Assembly (NCBI GenBank): GCA_039096225.1
Contig: JBBPEB010000027.1
Location: 434,001 to 498,000, forward strand
Source: Blastocystis sp. Blastoise
Taxonomy: Eukaryota; Protista; Bigyra: Opalinata
Reading direction: 5' to 3'
Length of the DNA: 64,000 nt
Below the pieces are notes generated by a model. That model did not search any database. It worked only from the letters and a program-made list of their open reading frames with translations, and was not told where the DNA came from. Position 1 is the first letter of the stretch. Each line of letters starts with the position of its first letter. Of the stretch, positions 1-13,650 are shown one piece after another. A program made the position numbers and the translations under genes.

Positions 1-1101
1 TGTTGAAATTAATTCCTTCCAATAAGTTTTTTTATATGAAGCCATAGTTGTGATTAAAAAAGAAATTTAAAGTAAACTATTCTTTGTCTTATTTTATTAT
101 AATAATATCTTTAAGCAACTTCAGAGGATATTATTAATGAATAAATTATTTATTATATTAAAAAATAAATAAATATGCTAAAACAAAACAACAAATTGAG
201 TTGAATCTCGGACAAAGTAAAAATAAAAAATAAATATTTATATTGTTTTGAAATAGTATGTATAATATATAATATATATAATTAGTTATAAATATCAAGA
301 ATTATAATACAAAAAAAAATAGAAAACTTGATAGAAAATAAATTAATTAAGATTAATTTATGTTTAGAATTGTTTTAAATATTTTAATAAAAAAAAGAAT
401 GGTATGAATAAAACCATATATAGCTATTATATCAATAGTTTTATAAATAAAAAAAACTATATATATTATATAGATATATTTATATTAAAATTTATAGCTT
501 ATTTAGAAAATAAGTACCATAATGAAATATTAATAAACAATTGAAAATGTATATCTGGATAATATAATCTATATTTAAAAATAAAAAATAGATAATATAT
601 TAATAATAAGAATTAAATATTAAATAAAGTTTTTAAATATATATAAGTATTAAAGAGAAATTATCAATGGAAATATGGTATTCATTTATCAAATGCAATA
701 ATGATAATAATAGTTTCTATTGTAATATAGAATAGATAAAACAAAGATAATTCTACTTTATATAAAAAGAAAATAAATAATATGTAAATATATATATATA
801 TAATCAAGTTAATTGATATATATTTGTGTATATATAACAATAAATATAATCAAAAAAAAAAAAATGCAAATTATATATATATAGAAAAAGTATAATAAGT
901 TGAAAAATATATTTTTATATATATAATGTATATTAGAATATTAAAAAACAATAATATTAAATATTAAAAAAATTAAGATAATAAATATTAAAAAAAAAAT
1001 AATAGTAAATATTAAGAAAAAATATAATATTATATATTATAAAAGTTATAATAATAAATATTATATTACAAAAATAATAGAATAAAAATATATAATAATA
1101 A

Positions 1102-4100
1102 TTACATAGAATTTATTACATTTATATTCATAGAAGAATATTTAAATGAAATAGCTTTAGATAATTGTTCTTCTAATAGAATTCTATCAAACCAAGTACC
1201 AGTAGAAGGATTCTCAATTTGAATTTCATTAGGAAAAGAAATAGAATAGTTTATAGTTAATTTATTATGAATATCTGTAGTAGATTCAATAGAATGTATT
1301 TTTAATTGTGATATAGGAACATGAATAGATTTTAATAATGATCTATATATGGATATATGAATATTAGGACCAATATATGTATTTTTATTATCAGTTAATA
1401 CTATAGATAAGCCAAATAATTGATTCATAGGTATATTGGATGTTGTTACAGGAATTAAATCATATTCTAATTTATCTTGTTTACAGAAATATGTAGTAAG
1501 ATATGTTAATGAATTTATGTTTTCTATATCTAAATAATAACTATTAAATTGTATTTTTTTATTAGTATCATATGGATGTTGACAATATATAGTTGATTGA
1601 TCTATAGTTGTTTCTGTACTGATAATAGGAGTAGTAGAAATAAGAGGAGAATCTGGTAATGAATTAATTTTCTTCAAAAAAGATTGATGTTTAGAAGAAG
1701 AAGTAGTAGTAGTTATAGAAGAAGAAGTATACGAATCCATATTTGATCCAAAATAAACTTGAAGTTGAAGGGAATCAGACTATATATAATATTTATAAAA
1801 TAAATTTTTATATAAATTATTAATTGAAATGATTATTAATATAGATTATTAATATAGATTATTATATATATTATATATATTATATATAAATACATTATTA
1901 TCGTCACTGTATTTTGTAGTAAGAAGAAGATCTGTAAGTTGATATTTATATGTATCAATAAAAGATCTAGCAACAGATATTAATACTTGGAAAACATCAT
2001 CAATAGGAGAAGCTAATTCAAAACTACATTCTAATACTTCTAATGCTTTTCCAGGAATAACAACTGGTCGAATATCTATATATAAATATATTAAATTAAT
2101 AATATAAAATAAGAATAAGAATAAATAAATAATAATAAATAAAATAATTATAAATGAAGTAATAATAAATAAAGTAATAATATATAAAGTAATAATAATA
2201 ATAATAAATAAAAAATAATACATAAATAAAATAAAGTAATAATAATAATAAATAAAAAAAATAAAACATAAATAAAACAAAGTAATAATAATATATAAAT
2301 AATAAAAACTAATAAATATATATATACAACAAAAATCTTTATTAATATCATCAGACCAAGTAGCTAAACTAGATATATAATCACAGAATACACGATAATA
2401 ACCATATTGATTTTCATTAGTACAATTAACAACAGCAGTCATTTTAATTCTTGTTTCAGGATATATAAATGAATCAATAGTAGTTACAGGACAAGTAACA
2501 CCAAGAGGGAAACATTCATTTTTATATAAGAATTGATTATCATTACAAGGAGTACATTGTATATTATTACCATTGATAGTAGTAATAACACCATTTATAC
2601 ATTCAGAACAAGAAATACCATTATAATAAGTAGTACCTTTACATTGAAAACAATTATTTATTGGTTCTTCCCATATACTTATTTCATTACAATATCTACT
2701 TATACTACCTTCATATCCAATAGGACAAGAAATAGTAACAGTATTTGATGAAATAGTTTCTGGCCAATTATTTTCTGCTTTACAATATGTATCTGGATCT
2801 TTATCTGTAATTAATATAGATATTTCATATTTTTCTTCTATATTATCTCTATTTAAATATGAGAGAGAAAAAGTAGTATTTGATAAAAAATCTGTAGGAA
2901 TACCATATATTCTTTGAGAAACAGTATCTAATATAATACCTTTAGGAAGAGAAGGACTAACATTTATAGTAGCATCTATTGCATCTATTGAATAATATTG
3001 TTCATAACTTCTTCCGATTATCATGATTATATTTCTATTTTTAAAATATAATTCAGAAGGATTAATTTTAATACAGGCCATATCTCCCTCTACAGTATGA
3101 GAATATCGAGATGAGCACATAAATTTTGCACTACTAGTATACCCATAAGGACATATTTTATAACTATAATTATAAATATATGCATATGTCCATCCATATT
3201 CATAACAATAATAAGAATCCGCCATTTTGAATTGTAATTCATTTAATACTACTTTATTATCAGCTATTGTATTATCAATTCCACATTCTATTATATGACA
3301 CTTATAGGATTCATAGGATTCACTGTTGCCAAGTGAAATTGTATTATAATCTCCATTAGGATCTAAATCTTGTATACTTACAAGTTGTTTTTTTGTTTCC
3401 CAATTATCATTTGATGCTTCAACAATAAATGAAATAGGTCTATAAGAAGAACTAAATGAATTTCGTGTATCAATTAGTAATGAATCAACTATATTAATTG
3501 TTTCATCTTTATATGTATCAGTAATTACAGTATCTGAACATTTATGATTTATAATAGTATATGTTTTTAAATTATCATCATACATATTTCTTAATGGATA
3601 TTCAGAAGATTCTTCACCATTTGATATGTATTCTTCTTCGAAGTTATTTTGATCATAATCATCAGAATCATTATTATTAGGTTTTTCACCCTCTATAAAA
3701 AAATTAATTTTTATTAATAATCCAGAATTTGGTTGATATATCTTATTATATTTATGTATCTCAACAGCAATAATATTATCTCCAACACGAAGCATATCTA
3801 GTTTTAACAAAATAATAGATCTAAATGATTTATATTCATTATATTCCTTTTTAGCTAATGTATTATATTCAATATTATCACCATCATTCATATTTACTCT
3901 TCTTACTTCAAAACCATTTATATATATAATCATACCAGCATAGGTAGATACAGTTATATCTAATCTATTAATAAATAATGGAATTTCTTCTATAGTATAA
4001 TGTATTCTATAATATTGAGTAATACTATCATTAGGAACATCAGGAAGAGAAGAAGCAGAAGGAACAGTAGACCATAAATTATCATTAAATAATAATGTAT

Positions 4101-7100
4101 TCCAATGTTTAGGAGGAGTTATATTATCATAAGAATAAACAATAGGCATTCTAGATGAATCTACATAATTTGTTAATCTTAAATCGAAATAATTATATCT
4201 ATCAATATGTCTAAAAAATTTATTATTAATGGATACATAACACATTAAGTAACTATCATAATTATATGAAGTATAGCTGAAGCTATATATGTATGGTTGT
4301 ATACATAAATTATAATCTACAATTTTCTCTTTATTTTTATTTAAAAATATATAAGCTGGTTTATTTAAGTGTATACTTTCAATAAAAAATAAGAAAAAGT
4401 TTTCCACATCAAAATTAAAATGTGCACTTATAAAATAGTTAGGAGCCATACAAGATTGAATATGAATACTAAATGAATAATCACATGGAGTATTAAATTT
4501 AGAAATAGCATGAATAGTATATTCTAATTGTTTATCTACTCCATGAATAATACCAACTATCGAACCAGTATTAGGATCAATAGATATTCCATCAGGAAGA
4601 GAAGGAGTAATAGTAAAATCATGATAATATTCTTCATTGATAAATGCTATAGAAATAGTAGTATTATCATAAGCAATATATGGATTAGACATAGTATATA
4701 ATAATGGTATTGTTTCTAATGTATAATCAAAAGCATAGAAATCTATCTTTCCAAAATATAATGAAGGATAAAACTGTTCTATATTGTTTTTAATAAATGT
4801 AAATACTAATGTATTTATAGGTTCTGTAACATCATTAAGAGAGAAACATTGTCTTCTTGGATCAAAAGGAGTATTAAATGCATCAGTTACAGTAGAATGT
4901 AAATGATATTCTCCATTTTTATCTATTGATTCTACAGTCCATGATGAAGGAGGGCTTCTATATTCTCTATATTGACTTATACAATATCTATTTATATATT
5001 TATAAACATTATTTGATCTTAAGATAATGCTCAATGGTTTATCTTTATCAACATAAACACCAAACTCTTGTTGAAAATTATAATTATTCATATATAGAGG
5101 ACAATTACTTTCATCACAATTTGTACCTTTAACTTCTACAGAAAAATTAATATCCATTAAAAGATTATTATCAACAGCCATTAGTAAAGATGCATCAAAA
5201 GGTATAATAGTATCAATATTATTAACATATATTAATATAGATATTGTTATATCTTGTTTATTATCAAATAAATCTAAAGTTCCAGTTATTGATTGTTCTA
5301 TAATAGTAGATGAATCAGATGATTCTTCATAATTATCTTCAAAACCATATGTTATTAATTCATGATCATTTATATAAATCTTAAAATTCGATAATACTTT
5401 ATATGTTAATATAAATCCTTTTTGATTTAGAATTTTAGGAACAGGTATAGTTTTACGGAATATATAATATTGATTAGAATTAGATGAAGTTATAGGAGAA
5501 ATAGAAGTATAAATACTCCAAGTAGAATCATCAACAGAAGATCCATACCATTCTGTAGGTATAGAATCATAATTATTATATTTCCATTCAGATTGTATAA
5601 GGATAGAATATATAGTATTAAAATAGAAAGTTTCTGATAAGTCACGTATAGGTCTAATAACAGCTAAATGTTGCTCTGTGTTAGTATTTTCATTAATAAG
5701 TGTAACATTTAAATATGATCGAATATACCACATTTCATTTCTTAACGAAACTAATTCAAAAGACCATGTTCCTGCATGACCATAATAATCATAACTACCA
5801 TTCGCAATAGCATCATCTTTATCTTTTCTATTAACAAGATTACCATTACCATCTTTAATAAAAGCAATTTCAGATAACGTATAATCAACTTGTTTAGTAA
5901 CACGAATATGTGAACAAACCATAGGATCACAACTAACAGTAAGACTGAAATATATCATTTTGTATGGAGGTACAGCAGTAGGATCTGGACATAGAAAAAA
6001 CATATTTTGAAGATTACATATTTCTTTAGAAGTACCAGATAAAATACCATTAGAAGACATAGTAAGACCAGGTGGTAGTGGGAAATAGAACATACAATTC
6101 TGTAATTCAGTTGATGTTTCTTGTGATAAATCAATATATATAGTATCGAAAATACTAAATTGATATTGATATGGAGTTGGTACTTGTAATCTTCTTGGAT
6201 TATTATTAGAAGATACTAATAAAGAATAAAATAAATGAATAGAATAAATGTCAAAAGATGAAGATGACGAAATATCCACTTTATAATACTTATATAATTG
6301 CATATTTGATAGTATTTCATAGTTTGTATTATTCTGTATATGATTCATAGAATCGAGTAGTATCCAATTATTATTAGTTTCATCATTTGAACCATAAATT
6401 TTCCATTCTTTAGGAATATTATTATTATTAAATTTCATAGTATATCTATTTATATATAGAGGAGAAATCGAAGAGATAAAAAATGAAACATGATCATCTC
6501 GAATAGTAATAGGTTGTTTATTCTTATAATTTAGAAGTGAATTACATGTTGTTTGAGAGAGAGGATGAGATGAAGAACAACGAATAGAAAGAGGAGATAA
6601 ATTATCCAAATAATCTATAAGAAATATATATAATTATAAGTATAATGATATTACTATAAATATATATATATACAGATAGAATTCGTAATATAAGTAAGAG
6701 CATCAAAAGAAGAAAGAAGTTCAGGATGATCAGCAATTGTATGTAATTCAATAGCTATTTTTAATGTTGTAAGAGAAACAGAGAAAGCAAGTAATTCTTT
6801 AGGAATAACAACTCTATAAAATATATATATAAGAAAAAAATAATATTATAAATCTATATACTGTTTATAAGTAGGAACATCTTCAAGAGATTGAGAAGGA
6901 GTATTTTCATTGATTTTAGAATATCTATATATAATAAATTTTATTTATAAATAAGATTAATGTATAAAAATATATATAAATTTTATTTATAAATAATGGT
7001 GATAGATAAAAATAAATAAAAAAAGAATATTTATAAGATTAATATATAAAAAAAAATAAAAAGTAATTTAAATATATAAATACTATAAATACATAAAAAT

Positions 7101-7956
7101 AAACAAAAAGTATTATAAGTTAATAAATAATAATATATATATACTCAGGTAATAAATAAGTATACATTGGAATTCCATTTACATAAACAATAAATCCACT
7201 TTGACTTTGAATAGATAATTGAAGAACAGCAAAAGAATCATCTACAGTTATATCCTTTCTAAAATAAACACTAGTTCCAATATTCTTTATTTCTTTATTC
7301 TTATATTCTTCACCCCATCCTTCTATCTTACTTACTCTCCAAGAAACAGAGTCAACAGTAGTGGAATATTTCCAATTCATTCTTGAACCAAGAATAGAAG
7401 ATACTAGATAAATAACAAACATATATGATAATAATTATAAAAGAATAAAAAAAAAACAAATATATTTACAATTAATTTTTATTATTTTCTTTCCATTATC
7501 ATCAGCATTCAAACGTGCGTTAACAATAATAATTTGATTATAAATCAAAGTTACAGCAGACTCTTCAGCCCAACTAGTAGAATTCCTATAAAAATTATAT
7601 ATATAAACATTTAAAAAAAAACTATAAAAAATCTTACTTTGATAATAATTCTAGATTATAATCTTTGTTTCCACATAAGTAAACTTTATAATCAACTATA
7701 TTTTCTTGTTTAAAAGACTCATCATGGAAAGATACTGAACTTCTTAGATTACTCAAATTACTTTCATATAATTGAATAATTTCATTAGGGTTACATGCAT
7801 AGTCTCTACGAATTATAACTTGATAATCACCAGAAGAGCAACCATGAACAACTATAGAGACATGTTGATCATTGAGAATGTGGATGAAAATAATGAATGA
7901 AGGTACATACTCATAAGGATCATCATGAAAAACAATACTTGTGAATAATTCTTCAT
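1102..7956 (-). CDS. Giant secreted multi-domain protein (about 2,000 aa; galactose-binding/F5-8-like jelly rolls, He_PIG-type Ig repeats, Cys-rich HRM-like repeats), multi-exon
   Basis: ATG at 7956 plus a short GTATGT..TAG intron gives signal peptide MKNYSQVLFFMMILMIVHG-CSSG. GT-AG exons join in frame through ORFs 7120-7422, 1849-6609 and 1102-1740. Motifs: WKIYGSND..W..LD, LPPGLTMSSNGILSG, PSLPDGISIDPNTGSIVG, PSLPKGIILD, GMIIYINGFEVRRVN..GDNIIAVEIH, CKAENNWPET..CPIGYEG..SRYC..WEEP..NC. A likely 5'UTR intron lies at about 7966-8019. Confidence 0.75.
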
Positions 7957-8829
7957 TTTATATCACTATTTATATATATTAGTAATAATAAAAATTTATA
8001 CATATATAGATATACATACTGTGAACTAAATCGAACTAAATGAAAGAGTTTTTTGGATTTTTCGTCATTTTCATGATATAATAATTATAAGAAATGAATA
8101 AAAAGTGGATGACTGTACTTTTATTATTATTTATAATCATCAACTGACAATCGGAGAAACTCTTGTTTTACATTTTACTTGAATTCCACTGGGAAAAACA
8201 AGATAATTCAGTGTGAAATTATTTTTTTAATAAACCACAGAGAAAAATAGAAATGTTTCTTTTTATATTTTTTTTAATGTTTATATATTTTATGTAGTTA
8301 AATATATTACAAAAAAAATGAATTGTTTTTTATTATTATACATAATAAGTCACTTTAAAAATGGTTCTCTCCCAAAATAATTACTAAATATATTTAAATA
8401 AATGAAATAAATAATTATATATATATGTATTGATTTCTTCCTATATATACTCACGTTTATAAAGAGTAAACTGAAAACTAAAAGAAATGTTTTCTTTATT
8501 ATTCTCAATAATTATATTTCATTTACATAAAATTCATTCTTTTTTGTTCTATATATATATCTATACCTACTAATTATATGAGTAATTCTTCTATAAATTA
8601 TAATAAGAAATTACTCAATATATATACATGCCTAATCTACCTAACTAAATTTATATATATATAATATATATATATAATGGAATAATCTATTTCTATCTAT
8701 ATAACAAAAATATATAATGTATACAATTTTGAATAACTAGAGTATTTAAGGAATACAAAAAAAATAGATAGAAATTATTTAAAAAAAAACGAAATAGAAA
8801 ATAAAAACACTATTATTATATATATATAA

Positions 8830-10407
8830 TTAATTGGAAGATGGATTAGTGTTTGAAATAGTATCATTATTTTGTTGTATTTGAGAAGTATGATTATCTT
8901 CTATTACAGGATTAACTATAGAATCAACGGGGTTTACTGATTCTTTTGGAACAATACCAGCATCACTTGAACCAGGATAATCAGCAAAACTTCTAGTGTC
9001 ATTTCTAGATTCATTTCTAGATTCATTTCTAGATTCATTTCTAGATTCATTTCTAGGTTCATTTCTAGGTTCATTTCTACTATCTTCTCTATAAGTATCC
9101 TGTCTATCATCATGATGATAATCATTATGAAGAGGGCTACGACTACGATTATATCTATGGCTATGACTACTAGATCTTCCATTACGATCATATTCACGGG
9201 AATGAGAACCATGAGTTATAGAAGTAGTATTTTCATTATTGGAATGATTATCATCAGGACGAGTATCAGGACGACCTTGGGATTGGCTATGATGATGATG
9301 ATGACGATGATGATGATGATGATGATGAGAGGAATTCGAAGGTGACGGAGAACGACCTCTACTAATACCATTATATCCACGATCATCATGGACATAACCC
9401 CAACTATATTCATAAATGATTAGTAATAATGATGATAAATATATAGAATAATAAATAAATAGAATAAATAAATAGAATAAATAATAATAATAAATAATAA
9501 TAATAAATAATAATAATAAATAATAATAATAAATAATAAATAATAAATAATAAATAAATAATAATAATATATATATACCTAGCATCACCAAATAATCGTT
9601 TAAATAAGCTTTTCGAAGGTGCTACTAGGTGCATAAAATTACAGAATCCACCACGTGTACATAAACCTTCTTCATTTTGACGGCATCTATAGATATAATA
9701 AATAATTAGTATAATAATAGTAATAAAAAAATAGAATAATAAATAATTAATATAATAATAATTAATAAATGTACTAATAATAATAATAATACTAAACAAT
9801 AAAAACAAATAATAAAAAAATAAATAAAATAATATACCTAGCTTCTCTAAAATCAGTGACAGGAGACAATTCTGCAATAATATGTCTACCTGCATAGAAA
9901 CGTCCATTTAGGCCTTCAACTGCTTTTAATGCATCTTCTTCATCATCAAATTTAGCATAAACATTACCAATCATATGTTCACTTAAATTATCACATACAT
10001 GTAATTCTTCTAATTTACCATAACGCGTAGATAAATCACTAAAAACATCTTCATAGAATTCATCAAATTCCTTTTGCTACAATAAAAAAAAATAATTTAA
10101 TAAATAATTGTAAAAAATACATTTAAAAAATATATATATATATACAATTTCTTTAGTTGCTTTTTCAGTTAAACCAGGAGCACCAACGAGAGCCTTAGGA
10201 TTTTGATACATGTGTTTAATGAGAACAGTTTGACTAAAAGTAGGTCTGTTATGTTTTCTTGTACAGTGATCTCCATGGCGGCAAGCACCCATCTTAAAGT
10301 AGAAAGGACAATTAACCCTAAATAATTAATAATAAAAAATAATAGAAAATAATATAAACATACCTATCGTCTTCAGTACCAAAAACCTTTGAGAGATGAT
10401 CAGCCAT
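8830..10407 (-). CDS. U2AF1: Splicing factor U2AF small subunit (U2AF35), 5 exons
   Basis: Spliced translation [45 protein letters not shown]...[13 protein letters not shown]...[31 protein letters not shown] (CCCH-UHM-CCCH), followed by an RS/His-rich tail; canonical GT-AG introns. Confidence 0.97.
9001..9078 (-). repeat. 12-bp coding tandem repeat (E-S/P-R-N about x6) in the U2AF1 tail
   Basis: Units atttctag(a/g)ttc start at 9001, 9013, 9025, 9037, 9049, 9061. Confidence 0.9.
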
Positions 10408-10943
10408 ATTTAAATCCTATATAATATAAATCAAATAAAATAAAATAATGGATTACTTGATGATTAAAAAAGAATGAAAAGAAACTAGTGTAGAAAAGTG
10501 GGTAGAATAATACTCGTAACAAAACTACAATAACCGCGGAATATTTCTATTCGGTCAACTGATTCTTTCTGAAAATAACTATATTTTTTTAAAATTGAAA
10601 TAGAACAAAAGATAGACTTTCTAGAAATGAGAATTACTATGTATGTATGAAGAAATATTAAAATAATTGTATAACAGAATCTAAATTTAAAAAATGTGAA
10701 TTACTATCAAAGAAATGCACAACATTAGCATAGTATATGTTAAAATATACATTGAAAAGATTGCTGAATACTTTTCCAATTATTTTTTTACAACTAAACC
10801 TCAGATTTAGAACAACACAATTAGGACATAGAACAAAAAATGAATAATTAGAATATAGAATATATAGGAAACACTTGATGAAAAAAATAGACTATAATAA
10901 TAGATGAAAGAAATAAAAAATTTTTAATAAATTTTTATTTTAA

Positions 10944-13307
10944 TTAAAATTTCTTTCCTTTTTTATGAGGAGCCTTCTTACGATTTAATGCTTTTTTAAT
11001 AACTTCATCTTCAGGACTTGTTTCTTTATTTCTTCCATTTTGTCTATCAAACTATATTTTATATATATAATATTTATTTTTCTTTATTAATTTTTATTAT
11101 ATATATATACTTCTTTCATTTCATTTTGAGCCATTTTTTGAGCTTCAGCAACACGTTCTTGAAGAACTAATACCTATAGAAATAATAATATTAATTATTA
11201 TTATTATTATAATTACCTTATTAATAATAATAATATTATAATTCTATATACCATTTTTTCTTCACAAGGGAATGCTTCTAATTTTTGATTAATAAGAGTT
11301 TCTATGCGTTGATAATTCTCAACATCATATCTATATAAACAGTATATATATACTATAGTTTAGAGGCTAAATATAATTATATATATCATTAATATATTTA
11401 AAATGTTATAAAAAAATATATATAAAAAAAAATTCTTAAAAATAGATTTCAAAAATAAAATATAAATAAAATATAAAAAAAATAAATAAAAATAAGGATA
11501 TAAAAATACTGAGTAACAAAATTAATAGCTCTTCCACTTCGACCAGCTCTAGCAGTTCTACCTACACGATGTATATAGTCTTTTCCATTAAGAGGAATAT
11601 CATAATTAAACACACAATCAACAGCAGGTATATCTAACCCTCTAGAAGCTACATCGGTTGCTAATAATATATTACGTTCACCACTCTTAAACTTATTTAA
11701 TGCTCCTAAACGCTTTGTCTATATATATATTATTATTATTATATTTATTAATTATTTATTAATATATAGAATCATATTTATTATATTTAGATTAAAAAAT
11801 GATAAATAAAATTATTAAAAAAAACCATTTGAAATAAATATGTTTTTTTATTTGTTAAAAAAAATAACATAATAAAATAAAAATTCTATAATATATATAT
11901 ATATATATATACTTGTGACATTTGTCCATGTAAGCAAACAGCTTTAAATCCAAGATTTCGAAGCATAAATGCAAGGCGTTGAGCTGTGGCACATGTCGAA
12001 ACGAATACTAACGTACTTTGACCTGCAAATTCATTTAATATATATGATAAATAACAATCCTTATATTTAGCAGGAATAAATATATACTATATATATATAA
12101 ATATATTTAAATATTTATTATTATTGTAATCATATGTTTATATAATATTTATTAGAAAATAAAGAATAATAAAATTACTGAATATAGATTATAGATTATA
12201 CACTAATATATATATACTTGTTGAATAAGTGTTTTAACTGTTTGATATTTACTTGAGACTTGTACTTTAACTGGATTTTGAAGTGACGCACGTTGTAACT
12301 TAGCAACTTTCTTAGTCATAGTAGCAGAGAATAAGTATGTATGACGATCACGAGGAAGAACCTATATATATTTATATATATATATATATTTATTTATTTT
12401 AATAATAATTAATATAATTATAATTATTCATAATGCAAATATATATAAATATATTATTTGTCATATTAAACAATAATAATAATAAGTAGAATAATATGAA
12501 TAATAATAGCGAAAATAACATAAATAATAATAATAATAAGTAGAATAATATGAATAATAATAGCGAAAATAACATTAATAATATTAATAATATACTTCTA
12601 GAATCTTATTAATTTCTTCTTCAAAATCCATAGATAACATACGATCAGCTTCATCCATAATTAAGAACTTTACACCACGTAAATTAAAACCCTAAATATA
12701 TATATATATATAATTATTTAATGAAAAAAAAACATTAAAAAAAAATAATAAAAATTAAAAAAAAACATTTCTTTTTTACCTTGGTATTTTCTAAATGATC
12801 AACAAGTCTACCTGGAGTAGCAATAACAACATGTGGTCTTTTAGCAAGTGCTATAGATTGTTGAACCATATCAACACCACCTACTACAACAGCACATTTT
12901 AAACCAACAGTAGCACCAAGAGCTTCAAATTGTTCACCAATTTGAAAAGCTAATTCACGTGTAGGAGTCAATACAACAGCAAATAATCGTTGAGGATTCT
13001 CAATAAGCTTTTGAATAACAGGAATAGCAAAAGCACCAGTCTTACCAGAACCTGTCTCAGCTAAACCAATGATATCTCTTTCTTTAAATGCTTGTTGAAG
13101 AGTTTCACGTTGAATAGCAGTAGGTTTATCCCATTTAAGTGCTTTGATTGCATCACATAAAGCATCACAAACTCCAAGACTCTCAAATGTAGCATCGCTA
13201 GTGTCTTCAACAGGTGTTTCTTTTTCTTCATTTACAACCATTTCTTCTTCCTCTTCAGAAGTAAGATCTTCCTTGACATTTCCTTTACTTTTAGTTTCTT
13301 TTTCCAT
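10944..13307 (-). CDS. RRP3: DEAD-box RNA helicase RRP3/DDX47, 8 exons
   Basis: Q motif [78 protein letters not shown]; canonical introns; ends KKGKKF-TAA at 10944. Confidence 0.96.
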
Positions 13308-13650
13308 TATTATTTGTACTGATTTATAGATATTGATGAAGAAATAGCAATAGAAATAAATTATCGTTTTTACAAAAAAGAACGTCTTCTTTGACCAGAA
13401 ATTTTATTTTTTCCTTTATTTTTTTATAATCACGATTATAGAGTAATGTCAAGTCAAAATTTTATTTTTTTTATTCATCTTTATTTTTCTTTTAATAATA
13501 GCATTATTATACTTATTAATTAATCATGAAAGAGATTTTCTATGTCCTAAGAATAATCAAAACAAATTAAATAAATAAAATAAAATATGACATGGAAATG
13601 AGAGTTAATCATTGAAAAAAAATTAAAATAAAACATCAATAACAAAATTT

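Noticed and set aside
1849-2351. Hydrophobic, TM-like C-terminus of the 1586-aa ORF
   Set aside because: Read-through of a T-rich GT-AG intron (about 2076-2328), not a transmembrane region.
7958-7960. Apparent in-frame TAA suggesting a pseudogene or stop-codon reassignment in the first gene
   Set aside because: Resolved by starting at ATG 7956 and splicing a short intron, which yields a clean signal peptide. Long ORFs elsewhere fit the standard code.
11494-11510. ATATCCTT (U12-like 5' site) in an RRP3 intron
   Set aside because: Lies inside a GT-AG intron whose canonical splicing restores the conserved VTQYDVE.
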